Shown here: one piece after another, positions 27,457 through 42,215 of the stretch
Position numbering within the stretch: the first letter of the stretch is position 1
How the letters are laid out: each line of letters opens with the position of its first letter
Source: the human T2T-CHM13v2.0 reference genome, Homo sapiens
Direction: 5' to 3' (one strand)
Assembly: GCF_009914755.1 (NCBI RefSeq)
Contig: NC_060926.1
DNA length: 64,000 nt
Notes under the pieces: generated by a model
Told to the model about the DNA's origin: nothing
Databases searched by the model: none
Seen by the model: only the letters and a program-made list of their open reading frames with translations
Program-made: the position numbers and the translations under genes

Positions 27457-28006
27457 TGTTACTGGTGGAGGGCGTCCAGGTCCTTGGCATTTTGAAGAAA
27501 GAATTGGACAAAACTCACAAACAAAGCAAGGGAAAAATGAAGCAACAAAAGCAGGGATTTATTGAAAACGAAAGTACCCTCCACAGGATGTGAGCTGGCT
27601 GAGCATAGGGGCTCCAGAGCCCAGTTACAGAATTTTCTGGTGTTTAAACACCCTCTAGAGGTTTCTCATTGGCCGCTTGATGTACACCCCATGCAAATGA
27701 AGTAGTGGCCTGCAGTCAGTCTGATTGGTTGTGGAAAGAAACCAGTCAGAAGCTGACATGAAGTTGCAAAGTTTACACCTTATGCAAACGTTTGATTGAT
27801 TGTGGAAAGCAACCAGTCAGAAGTACTTTCAATTTTCCATCCGCCAGGCAAAAAAGGTGTGTGAGGGTGGGGTTTGCAAAGGGAGTACCTCTGGTTCTTC
27901 TGTTACTTAGGTTTGGAAAGTTGGGGTTTCCTTTTGATTTAGTTCTAGGAAGTCACTGTGAATCGGCCTTAGGTTCCCTGCCTCCAGACCCTATTCCCCC
28001 GCCTCA
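27457..28006 (-). mobile_element. MER51-type ERV1 solo LTR
   Basis: Reverse complement starts TGAGGCGGGGGAATAGGGTCTGGAGGCAGGGAACCTAAGGCC; TG...CA ends; 4-bp TSD TTAT. Confidence 0.85.
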
Positions 28007-29334
28007 TTATCAATTATCAACTGGAGATTTAAAAAGCTATAATTGTTTTTGAAAGTTTTCAAAGTACTTTGGACTGCTCTAACCTAAATTACTAAAGCCT
28101 AGATAAACAGATAGATGCATTGCTACAAGTTCTGATTTCATTTAATTTTGATGTTTGATACTCATTGGTAAGTAGATATTTGTATGAATCTTCATTTCTT
28201 ATAATGAGTTTGATAAATAAATTGTAAGGGTGTCTGCAAATAAATTAGTTATATATGAATTATTATCAACTTTTAGGCCTCATATTTTAGGATAGTTCCT
28301 TATATCAATGCTTCTTCTGAGGAAAACAAAAAGTAGTTGTAGGCTGAGAGCAATTTTATCTCCTTTGTTGCTTCATTGTAAAGGCAAAAATAGATGTATC
28401 ATCATGTAAAAGTATTTATTTATTCTGTGCTTGCTTTAGATTCCTATAGGTACATTAATTCCTTGGAGGGATTTCTCCCGAAAGTTTTTTCTGTGTTTGT
28501 TTTTCCAGGACTGCTCTTTCCAGGTGATGGAAAGCTTTTCCAGTGTTTTGACTCTGACAACGTGAGCCGCTTAGGTGGTGCATTAGGTAGTGCATTACAT
28601 TTTACGTTTTTCTTATATTGTCCTTCAGGAGTTCGTGGTCATTCTTCTTTGACTATAAAGAATATGAAGGCAGAGGACAGGAAGCAGACTCAGGTTCATA
28701 GCACCTGCTGAGTCAGGAGCCCTCTGAGCACTTGTGCAGAGGTGGCTCTGATGTGATGGTGGTGCCTGCCCACTAGGGATCAAGTGAAATTGCCTCGAAC
28801 CTTGATTCTGTGGCTTGGTGGTGTCTAAAGACCCTTTTGCCCAATTTCTGTGAACTTCTAGAGCAGGAGGCATACTCTTCTATTCCCATCACCCTCTGGG
28901 ATCCTGTGCCTGCCTACATGGTGTCTGGTTTCCCCACATTAGTCTGGAAGAAAATTCTATTCTAGACTGTCTATTCTAAAATTCGATTCATCTCCACACC
29001 ATCCTCTGACAGTCTGTAGGTGTGATTTTAACAGATGCCACTGACTCTCTGGAGGGTGAGGAAGGACTGACATATATCCTCCCTGGTTCCTCCCTTCTAT
29101 TTCCGTTTGCCTTCTGAAGCTTCTCACCTTTTCAAGAGCAAAACATGCCACTGAGTCTTCTCGCCACCTGATGGCATATATCTTGCACTTGAGGTTTGCT
29201 GAGCTTCTTGTACCTGTTGGTTTACAGTTTTCATCAAATGTGGAAATATGTCAGCCATTATTTCTTGATCACAGGTCTACATGTCACCTGCAGTTTGATT
29301 AACATGGAATGGACTCTCCTTTAACTAGTGCTAA

Positions 29335-29617
<283 letters not shown>

Positions 29618-29869
29618 CAATCCAGGGTATATTCGTATTGTGGTGAATGCATGAGCTTGAGCTGAGGCCCGCTATGTGCCACATTTAAGGCCCCCACTCA
29701 TGTCATATCCAGTTGGCCAGAGCCAGTCACATGTTCATGTCCTACAGCAATGGGTGGGGAGGTCTACTCCACTCACACGGAGGTGGGGAGGAAAGTGAAC
29801 GTTTGATGAACAGTTGTGATTCCTTTTTTGGCTTGGAGACAGTGTTTGCTGGAAGGTGAATCAACTTTG

Positions 29870-30075
29870 GGATCAGACCTGGATTCAAATCTGAGTTTTG
29901 CCACTAAATACTTGTGTGACCTTGGGCAAGTTACCTAATCTTTCTGAGCTATGTTTCCTCATTTATAAAAATCGGAATAATAACATCTACTTTGTACAGT
30001 TTCTGGGAGAATTAAAGCATACGACACACATGGAAATGTCTAGCACAAAATTGACATTCCATTAATGGTAGTTTC
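29870..30075. mobile_element. MIR
   Basis: cagacctggattcaaat...tgtgtgaccttgggcaagttacctaatctttctgagc core. Confidence 0.8.
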
Positions 30076-32015
30076 CTTTTTTTCTTCTTGGGATTCCAAG
30101 TGGGTTTTGTTGTAGATATTGGTTCTGGAAAGTGAAATAATCCAAAAGGATTTGGCAGCCTGTGTCACAAAGAGCATTTTTCTAATGGTCATGGTAGTAA
30201 CCAGTTTATTTGCATGCATAACGATGGATGAATTGTAATTTGGAACAAGGGAGTGAATACTGTACTGTTAAACTTTGTTCTTATGGGAAATGAGTCCATC
30301 TGTCAAGGTGGATCCTAGGAGTAGGCCGCAGGGGCCTTTCTAGAGGAAATCAGGAGTGCCTGTCCTTCCTCTACCACAACTAGAATCTGACTCAGTGGTA
30401 AGTAGGGTTATGCCATGGGGCCTGTTCTGGGTGTGAATTTCACCTACTTCTCTGTTGTCAGACTGAGCTCAGTAAGAAGTGTAAATGGTGCAATAATATT
30501 TATAAATTGAACATGGTAATTTTCAATTCTCAGAAGCTTTCATGGAGGCATGGATTGTCCCACATGTGGGCTGGGCTTGATGCTGTTTTGGGGAAGGAAC
30601 TTTAACTGCTGGTTAAAGCTCTCCAGGGACTGTGTCTTTAAGGCAGACAGTCCCAATCTTCTGAGCAGCTGCTTTTTAGGTTGTGAAGGTCCTGTCGGCA
30701 CAGGAGGAGGGAGTCTATTTAGTGGTTTGGGGACTCCTTCTCAGTAAGGAAAAAGACTTCTGATCTCTTGGGTTTGGAGAAGGCTTCATCTTTTATTTTG
30801 GTTCTCTTCCTGTATATCCTTGAAAATTTACTTAAACTGAAATAGTAAGTATGGATTAGTAAAATTACATTAGAGTAAACATCTTCCCTGAGGTCCTGGC
30901 ATCAGGCTAAAAGAGGTAAACAATTTTGGCATTGATGCATCTAGCTCAGGATCTAGACTCAGCAGTGGAACGAACAGTGGACTTTTCTGAGATGGTGTGA
31001 TGTCAGGCTTCTCAGACTTGGTGGTGGGATGAGCACCCAGGCTGAAAGCCATGGTCAGAACTCTATGCTGTCACTTCAAGCCAGAGCTTTGTACTTTATA
31101 CACAAGGGAGAAGAGGAGGCACATTGCAAATGGTGCATATTTTCAACTTTAAGGTGGTTTCATGTATACAACCCAAAGTACCAACAACACAGAACCCTCT
31201 CACAGTTTGGTAGACCAGCGTTGGACGACATGGCATACCTTTCACCCTTTCACTTCTAGGCCTACCCCACCCACGACAGGCGTCACTAATCTGTCCATCA
31301 TTGCTCTCGTCTCTAGCCTGTACTCACCTGGCTTCATCTCCTCTCAGCTCAGCCCTCTGGCCAGCCCCTGCTCATTGTTTAGAACTATCAAATAGCACTC
31401 GCTCTGCTCACTATCATATTTTGCTTATGGGACAAGAGAAAGGCTGCAATGAATGAATCAAAAGAATAAATATTAGGTAATAGCAAAAGGTAATGTTTTT
31501 CTGAGAGTAGTTTTGTTTGTGTCCAGTACTCCTGGCAAATGTCCTTAGAACAGCTACTATACTCTACCAGTATTATTCTTAAGTCCAAAAATATTGTAGC
31601 TGTAAAAATGTGGGTGATTCTACCTTCAGAAACTGTGCTTTTTGTGTTGGTGGAGAAAAATGCATGAACTAAGACTAAATATTATGAAACTGAGTTTTAT
31701 TTACATAAGGACACATTCAGGCTGCTATGCTTAAAGGGAAAAAATAACCAAGTCATGTTCCTGGCAGACACCTGTGATCTCTAATTAGGTATTTAGAGTG
31801 TATTGGCCCATCACTTAGGCTTGGCATTGCTTCTTTGTTTCTAATCTCCAATTTAATTTAGAAGCACTGATTGGTGCCTGTTTATGGCTTACTGGCAGCG
31901 GGAGATTCTTTCAGAAGTCTCCTTCCTTCCAGCTAAAATTCAGTTGAATTCAGCGGATGGAGCCGGAGCGGCTGTGCATCCAAAATTGTTGCCACGTTGC
32001 AACTGACAAGGCTGA

Positions 32016-32395
<380 letters not shown>

Positions 32396-33639
32396 TGACA
32401 TAGCCCTCTGGTTAGTTAACAAGCATTTATTAAACATCTCCTGTGTGCTTTAGAAACTTACTAGGGTTGAGGAGGAGGAGATTCAAAAGGAATAAAAGAC
32501 AAGGTTCCCAGTCGGCGGGGAGCCCCAGATTCTCAGAATGTCATTTTTGCTTCTGCCTTATGACTTAGGGGTTGTTCCTTCCCTCCATTACTGCAGGATC
32601 CCAATTAGCTTAAGAACTGTCCACCTGCACCTTGCCCTCTTCCCTTAGCGCACACATTTATCTGAGGTGTTTGCAGATCTCGTTTTCCCAACTAAGGAGA
32701 GTAAGCCCCTAAGCCCAGGGAACCCCTCTGTTCCCACTCCCGTCTTGGGCTTATGTCTGGCATACCTATTTTTATTCTAGGCTCCTGGCTGCACTACGTC
32801 TTGTTTAAAGTAGCCCTCTTGACACTGGGCAGGGGTGGGCTCAGCCCAGGGCTTGGGTCAGCCAGTGCAATCAGCTCCTTAGAATTGTACTGAAATAATC
32901 AAGGGAATCCGGGCATCCTGCATCACCTAACACACGGGGCAGAGAGAAACCCTCAAAACTCTTAAACATGAAATTGAATTGCCAGGGAAAAGAGCCAGTG
33001 CAGATTTCCGACTGCATTTGAATTTCTGATTTTAGGGTGATGGCTCTGATTCCAGGGTGACAGATCCGTTTCACATTTACTATTGCAAAGTTGGGTGCTG
33101 TGCTGGGCTCTGGGGATACAATGATGAAAAAAGGAGGTCCCTCTCTTCAAGGGACCTGTGTTCTGGAATAGCCTATTTGGAAGTCTCGACCAGGTGTCAG
33201 GAAGGTACCAGGGAGAGTGGTTACAAAAACAGATAAACATAGTTCTGTCCTCAAGGAAGTCACGGTTTAATGAAGAAGACAAACTTACAGATAGTGGAAG
33301 CCCAGCAAGAGCTCTCAGCCTTGATAACCTGGTGGGCCATCCCCGTGGGTGACAGCCGATTCCAATACAGGCAGATCGCTGTGGAGCCAGCAGGTGTGTC
33401 ACTGCTCACTGGAATGTCACTGGAGCCCCTGACCTTGGGGACACAGCTCACCCACCATCACCACCTGCATCAGAATTACAAACTGGGTGGTTTCAGACGT
33501 AGGAAGAGGTAAGTCTATAAGCCCCTTGAAGGAAAACGAAAAGTGATCAACACACAACAGATGGGTTTGCTCACGTAGATCTTGTATCATGAGAATTTTC
33601 CAGGATACCCAAGGCCAGCGTTCCAGTGTGGCGGTGGGG

Positions 33640-33840
33640 AGCTTTGGAGACTAACAGCCTGAAGCTGAATCCTGACCTCACCACTTATTAGTTGTGTGGC
33701 CTTGGGCAAATTTCTCTGAGCCTCGGTGTGCTCATCTGTAAAACGGGGATGATGATCTGGACTCAGGCAATTGTTGCAAGTCAATGTGGTAACGTGTTTA
33801 AGTTCCCAGCACGGTGGCACATAGTAGATACCTGGTAAAT
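33640..33840. mobile_element. MIR
   Basis: cacttattagttgtgtggccttgggcaaatttctctgagcctcggtgtgctcatctgtaaaacgggg core. Confidence 0.8.
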
Positions 33841-35212
33841 TTTCATTTCCCCTCTTTCTCCTCCATTTATCAGCAGGAAGCAGCCATTATAACATACATC
33901 TAAAATAGGTGACACTTAGAACCAGTAGAATGTTATGAAGATATGGATGACAGGTGGCCTGGAATGGGTGTTGGAAGATGGTGTCGGGGGTTCCCAGCAC
34001 TGTGCAGGGGAAAGGGAGTGCTGCCTTCTCTTGTGAGCATTTCTGTAGGGCAGACACAGGGACATCCAGGCATGAGAATATTGCTCCTGGAAATCACCCA
34101 ACTTTTTTTTTCTCCAAGAATATTTTGGAGAGTGATCATGTATTTACATGCCTCTCTCACGTCTTAGACTAAAGCTTTGTGAACTTTTGTTGCAAAGAAT
34201 CACTGGGACGCTTTAAGAATATAGCTCCCTGGGGTTCCACCCTCAGAATGAGTCTGGGGTGGGGCCTAGGAATCTGCACTGACAAGCATTTCAGGGGCGT
34301 CTGCCACAGGTTCTGAGGACCACACTCTGGGAAGACCGCACTGGAGTGAGGGCCTCCTCAGAGCTGGGATGGTTTCCTGTTCATTTTGTATTTCCAGTGT
34401 CCGGATATAATCGGCAATGATGGGGTGTTGTTGAATAAATGAGTGAATGATGATTCTCCAAGTAGATTGTCCTACTGAGAAGGGGATATTTTAAAGCATT
34501 GGCTTCCTAGTTCCTAAGTCAGTGTCTTCTGAATTTGAAGAAGATAATTAGCCTCCTAGAACTTGCTCATTCCTGAATGATCTGGCAGAGCTGGGAGCAG
34601 ATCCATCTACGTGAGTGATATCCAGTCCCCAGTAGCCCACGCACACAACCATCCTCACAGAGATAGGGCCGTTGCTGAGGACAGAGGCTGAGCAGATGCC
34701 GGTGCGGGGTTGCTCCCCAGTAACAATAGTCCTAGCCCTGCTCTTTGTGGTTCAGAGTTGGTTGATGGGAAATCAAGGAGCAGCCCTGCCACCGTCTTTG
34801 TTATTTTTATGCGCTATAGATCCCTTAGAACAGAAAGAGGTTCAGGCCTTTTCTTGGATGGAAAAACTGAAAAAAACTCAGTTGTTTTTTTTTTTTTTTT
34901 TGTAAATTTGCTCTAAAGGAAACTCATAAAGTTCTTCTGAATTTACATGTCAATAAAACATTTACCCCTGAGTTGATGCCTTATAAATGGTATCACTTAT
35001 CCTAAGTAGAATAGATTTATTCAGCTAAACTTTGTTGATGAGCATCTTTGCATCTGTTCCTTAGATATTATTTCTCTGTCTCCTTCCCTGGGTCTTTATG
35101 GTCTACTAGCCCCATAGCATCCTGGAGTCTGCGGTCATTTTTCTCACCAAGTTTGGGGGAGCACCTACCCTTTACCATGGGGAGAATGGTGATGGTTCAT
35201 TTTTGGGTTTTC

Positions 35213-35326
35213 TAAACGAATTTTGGACAATTAGACTGCATTACATTTGCATTTTATAGTGTGCCATTTAAATGAATTTTGGACAATTAGACTGCATTAC
35301 ATTTGCATTTTATAGTGTGCCATTTA
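35213..35326. repeat. 56-bp tandem duplication (2 copies, 1 mismatch)
   Basis: taaa[c/t]gaattttggacaattagactgcattacatttgcattttatagtgtgccatt occurs twice. Confidence 0.95.
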
Positions 35327-35944
35327 GAAGAGACGGAGAGGGCCCAGAGGACGGTGCCACATTCACGTATTAGACGATAGCTCAAGTTGCCCATTCTTCA
35401 TATTGAAATTGCTTCTAAGATAACATAATGGCTCTTGTGAAACATATCTATTCATTGCCCCAATAAAACATTAGATGGTTATCCAGATGGTGAAATGACT
35501 CTATATTCACTTTAAATTAATGAATGGTTAATTTCCATAGGGTGGGACTGAGAGCAGCCCCACACTGTGCCTCTGTGGTTAGGGCAGTGGGGCTGGATCA
35601 AGCTAGCAGGTGTTTAATTACTTCTCAACAACAAAACATCTTAACATATAATATAATAGAAATAACTGGGAATTTTTTTATTATGACAAAAACCACTGAT
35701 TTTCCTGCTTTCATTCCCTTTATGGATGCAATGTGGCCCTTTTACCAGATCCTCATGGTAATTTTAGGTCTCTGGGAATGTTTAGCACCTCACAGTGTAT
35801 TATATTTTTTAATGTTATATCGCTTTCTGAAAATAGAAGTATGTGCTACTTTTTCCTGAAAATACTGCCTTTTCATAGTTATATTCAAGTCTTTCAAATC
35901 TGCATGACTGAATAGGAGTTTGGGGGTCAGGCAGACTGCAAGCT

Positions 35945-35957
35945 CGCCACCTGGCGG
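35945..35957 (-). promoter_or_regulatory. Candidate CTCF site CCGCCAGGTGGCG
   Basis: Full match to the CTCF core consensus CCRSYAGRKGGCR in non-repeat sequence with CpGs retained. Binding is not shown. Confidence 0.5.
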
Positions 35958-37452
35958 GACCAGTTCTTCACCGGAGAGTCCTGGGGTTGGGCAGGGCCAC
36001 AAACAATGAGCCACAGTAGGACCGAGGGGATGGTCTGGGACTCAAGGGTCCCCGAGGGTGGTTTTGTTTCTGGGCTGCCCTCTCCCAGGGCAACATTGAA
36101 CTGTACCTTGGATCAGCACCGCACCTGCCTATCTTTCTAATTGCTTTTCTCCTCCTGTCCTGGAAACGATAGTACTTCAGATACTTGGGGGAAGTCTTGC
36201 TTACTGTGGCATGAACCTAGAAGGAAATGACTTCGTGTTTTAAGGGATGTCATTGTCAGTGTCTGGAATACCTCGGGCATAGCCATGTGCTCAGATGATC
36301 TGAGTCTCTTGCACACCCCTCTGAAGAGTTTCTTGTAATCATGAGGAATGAATGTATTAGGTGCTCCAGAACTGTTTCTATGTAATAAGGAAAAATAAAA
36401 AAGGAGGACAGAAATTCTTGCAGAAAATACTAGATAGAACCTGGGCTGAGTGCTGTGGAGGATACAAAGAAAGAAAAGACACTGTCCCTATGCTTAAGAC
36501 ATTTACCATCCAGTTGGCAAAGTCAGCCGGTGCGCACACACACAGCAAGTGCCCGAGCACTGCAGGAGAGCCGCAGACCCCAGCCCACAACAGCTGGCAG
36601 GCTGGGGACATGTTGCTGAGTGCTGAGCTGTGTTGTAGGCAGCTGCCTACTAAAAATAAGCACTGGGTTCATGGAAGGCTGACTTAAATTAGACTGGACT
36701 CAAGGTCATGCACAGAATGATGTCACCATCACAGGCTTCTAGTTCTTTGTGTTCTTGGGAATTGGAGGTTGAGTGACAGGCAGCCAGGAACTGAAATGCA
36801 CACATGGACAGGTTCACTAATGGTGCGGCCCGAGCGTGTCCTGGCAGCAAGAGGATGGAGTCTAGTGGTGCTCTGGTTCATTCCACGGGACTGAGAAGGG
36901 GGAGTAGGAGGCAGCTCACCGTTTCCTGGGGTGGTGGAGTCAAGACTATGTCTTCAGTGAAGGGTGGGACGGGGTGGGTGCAGCGGAGGGCTCAGTCCTC
37001 TGATACAGAGGACAGGGCTGAGAGGACAGTGCTCTGACCGGGTTCATGGTACAGAGTGTTAGAGGAGTGTCATGGGAGCTTTGAACCCTGACCTCAATGC
37101 CAGCCCAGGGAGCTGGGCCCTGGTCACTGCATCCCCAGCACCAATAGGACCCACCCACTACAGAGGAGATGCTCAACACATACTTGCCAAATGACCGTAT
37201 TAATGAACTGGACTCTGGCAACTGGGTTTTATCCTGTAGGTGAGATGTGGAAGATTGGACAGGGAAATGGCATTTGGCAGCAGGTATCCTGTGGACTTTT
37301 CTCCTTGACATCAAAACTTCCTGTCCTGAGTCTCATTTTATTTGTCAAACTAGCCAGTCTGAGAAGTCAATACTAGGTGCTAATGAAAAACAGCAGCAGA
37401 CTGTGACATTGCTCCCAGGTATGTTAGCATTTTAACACGAGCCTGCAAATTG

Positions 37453-37764
37453 TTTTTTTGTTTTGTTTTGGTTTGGTTTTTTTGTTTGTTTTTGAGATGC
37501 AGTCTTTCTCTGTCACCCAGGCTGGAGTGCAATGGCTCTCTGCAACCTCTGCTTCCCAGGTTCAAGAGATTCTCCTGCCTCAGCCTCCTGAGTAGCTGGG
37601 ATTACAGGCACCTGCCACCACACCCGGCTCATTTTTGTATTTTTAGTAGAGACGGAGTTTCACCATGTTAGCCAGGCTGGTCTCAAACACCAGACCTCAG
37701 GTGATCCTCCTGCCTAGGCCTCCCAAAGTGCTGAGATTACAGATGTGAGCCACTGCGCCCGGCC
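37453..37764 (-). mobile_element. AluS
   Basis: Alu consensus; TSD caaattgtt. Confidence 0.93.
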
Positions 37765-37950
37765 TTCAAATTGTTACCAGGTGTCTGGGAGGGCAGCAGT
37801 CATGCAAGGCGGGGGATTGGGCAGGCATGCATTCTGGTTGGAGAATCCACTAGGTCTCCTGAATGACTCCATTAGGAACCGTATCCAGCTTCTGTTGTCA
37901 GGCAGACCTTAGTTGGCTTCCACCTTGACAGTCAAGATACATACAGCTTT

Positions 37951-38304
<354 letters not shown>

Positions 38305-39883
38305 TCAAATTCACGGAGGTCTGAACAGCGGGGTTTCCTGTGCCCCCATCGTCTTCCATCCCCAATGGGGCTCTGTCCCTCGGCTGTGGCTATCTGAGAT
38401 CCCAACTAAGTCCTTAAAAGTGACCTTGATAAAACTGGCAGTGCTTCCTTACTGTGTGAGGAATAACTTGAAATAAAACCTGTGCATTGTCATGATGCTT
38501 TTACTGTTCTGTAGCTTTCTTTTTCACTGTTTTTTTGTTTTGTTTTGTTTTCTTTTCTTTTGTTTTTAAGCAAAGCAAATCAGATGGACTTGTGTTGCTC
38601 TCTGATCACCGACATAGCAGTCTGTAGCTGCTTCATCACGATCACTAGACTGGGGTAGTGATAATCCTAGATACTGCCTGCACAGGGAGCACGTCCCGGT
38701 CACTGCTGTCCCAGAGACACATTTCCCTGTCCCTGGATGACCAAGAGCCGACTGGGTTTCCTCGGAACTTTCTCCTTTGACCCTGCCCTGTGGTGTACTC
38801 CCTCTTAAGATATTATTGACAAGTCTAGAGGAAAGCCTTGACTCATTTGAAACTTTTAAGAGACTCCTGCTACTTAACACCTCCAGGCTGAAGCAAGCAG
38901 CTGGCAGTCTGTCTTGATTTTACAGCGTTCAGAGGGCCTGTGGGCTTAAGGTTCGCATTTGGCAGCAGCCTGTGTTATTTTTGGATTTTCAACATGGAGC
39001 TCAGGACACATCAGATTTCACTTCCTAGGCTGTTGATGGCCACAGAGCCATGGTAGCCGTCCGTCTCTGTCAGGGCTTGTCACTTGCCCCTTTAGGAACA
39101 TAGCTATTAATACTCTCTCACTTGATTTGTCCCACTTCAAGAGGCTAGAACTTTGATGTCCCTTTTTTCTGCCCTACCCTTCTTGACTATATTTTAAAAT
39201 TCAGAAACATCAACTCTGGTCTGCCCTAGTCTGCCTTGTTGGCTTAGGATCAGTCCTTTGGCCCCGGGTGGATGAGTCTCCTGGGGTGCCCCGTAGACTG
39301 GAGGGTGGTCTCTCATCATCTGTGATTGTGGGATATTGGGCATCAGTTAATTATCATGCAGACTTGGGAAGTGGGAGGAAGGGGCTTTTCGGTGTATTTG
39401 GTGACAGAACATGTCTCAGCCAAGGGACAGGGACTGCCAGTTGCCACCCAGATACACTCCCTTGCTCCTTAGGCTGTAGCCCCAATTTTACTTAGGGTTG
39501 CAGTATACCCAGCCTAAAAGCATTTCTCAATTTCCCTTGCTGCCAGATGGGGCTGCGTGATGCCATTCTGGCAGTGGCTAAGTAATGAAGCTGTGGGGTG
39601 GGCCTTCTGGGCAGGGTGCCTCGAAGGAACTGACTCCATCAGGGGGTGTGCTTCTGTGTCCTCCCAGTGGCCCTGCTGCTCAGGACGTGCTGCTTGGCAC
39701 TAAGGACACCATGTTGAATCATAAGGTGGCTGAAGACAGAAGGATGTGCTGAGATGACCGAGGAGCAGGATAGAAAGAGTGTGGATCTGTTTTCAAGATT
39801 TTAAAAATTAACCTTTTTATTTTGAGATAATTGTAGATTCACAGGCAGTGGTAATAAGTGATACAGGGAGATGCCCATCTATT

Positions 39884-40225
39884 ATTTATCTATTTATCTA
39901 TTTATTTATTTATTTCAAGATGGAGTCTCATTCTGTCTCCTGGGCTGGAGTCTCACTCTGTCTCCTGAGCTGGAGTGCAGTGGTGTGATCTCAGCTCACT
40001 GCAGCCTCCGCCTCCCCAGTTCAAGTGATTCTCCTGTCTCAGCCTCCTGAGTAGCTGGGATTACAGGCACGGGCCACCACGCTCAGCTAATTTTTGTATT
40101 TTTAGTAGAGACGGGGTTTCACCATGTTGGCCAGCCTGGTCTCGAACTCCTGACCTCCATTGATCTGCCCGCCTCGGCCTCCCAAAGTTTTACAGGATTA
40201 CAGGCGTATGCCACCGTGCCCAGCC
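39884..40225 (-). mobile_element. AluS with an internal 25-bp duplication, inserted in an L1M 3' end
   Basis: TSD tgcccatctatt; tggagtctca[t/c]tctgtctcctg[g/a]gc occurs twice at 39921-39970; L1M 3' flank at ~39810-40330. Confidence 0.92.
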
Positions 40226-41067
40226 TGCCCATCTATTCTTTACCCACTTTCCCCCATAGTAACATAGTACCACAGCATGGCTGGGACCTTGACTTTGATA
40301 CAGTTAAGGTAGCAGGACAGGACCTCTCACCGTGCACCTCTGCATGGCACACCACAGAGTGCACATCCATTTCCCCCCGGCCCACCCGCCCCAACATCTA
40401 GAAACTGCTGATCTGTTAGAGCCTGGATCTCGATGAAGGCAGAGCCTGTATCCCAGCCCTAAACCACTCTCCTTGGCATGAACTTCGATTGATTGAAAGA
40501 CATAAATATCTAAATTAATGGTGCCATGTCATTTTAAAAAAGTGTTATAGAGTCAAACCTATCCCTTAACTGAGACAGTAGAGGTCCAGAAAAGGAGACC
40601 AGGCAATCACTATTACATTGGGGGAAATATTATACCTGTGGTTTCAAAGAAGCAGGACACCTTGGCTACATGGCGAAAGGATTAGGGGTTGTTGCTTTCA
40701 CAACATTCCATTGCATTTCCCCTCCTCGCAGCGGTGACCCTGGCTTGTGTGAGGTGCTTTTGAATGTTTTTATTCCTATCTTATTTGGGTATTATCAATA
40801 ATTCATTTTAAATATTCTGGCTGCTACAAACATTTACTTTAGAAGGATTTATTGTATCCTAAAGTCTGCATTTATGATTTCTTGAGATGATATCACTTCC
40901 TTGGGGATTTCAGTTCTGATTCTCAGAAAGAGATTAGTGGGGGAAGCGGAATTTGATGTTCAGAAATGTTCCAGAAACTTGGCTGCAATGCGTCAGGCCT
41001 GCTAGGCGGGCTGCCACATTCCTGGGCCTGTCTCAGCCGGCCGCTCATGCTGTGTCTCCCCTTTTAG

Positions 41068-41193
41068 GAGCTGGAGTCAGAGAGGACGTGTTTCTCGTTT
41101 GGCAAGAGATGGAGGAAGCCTGCAGCACGCTGGCCCAGATCCAGAGGCTGGTGGCCGAGCCTCCCAAGCCCGACGTGGCCACTGTGGACTGCG
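41068..41193 (+). CDS. VWA3B: VWA3B coding exon (likely exon 8), 126 nt, symmetric phase 1-1: (G)AGVREDVFLVWQEMEEACSTLAQIQRLVAEPPKPDVATVDC(E)
   Basis: Acceptor tctccccttttag|GA, donor GCG|gttggt. Lies within track ORF 40953..41222. Confidence 0.95.
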
Positions 41194-41427
41194 GTTGGTG
41201 CTATTTCTGGTCACTGGTGTAAAAGATTCATAAATGTTACTAGCTGGGGACCAGGGGCTGCTTCCATGTTCCTGACCAGAGAAGCTCCAGAGCCCAGCTG
41301 CGAGGGGCTGCTGAGGAGAGCAGCCAGAGCTGTGTGGGGTGAGGGGTGGGGAGGGGGCTGAACACACATGCATGGACATGTGTGTGTGTGTGTGCCCACG
41401 TGCTCACATGTGTGCATATGTGGAGAT

Positions 41428-42215
<788 letters not shown>

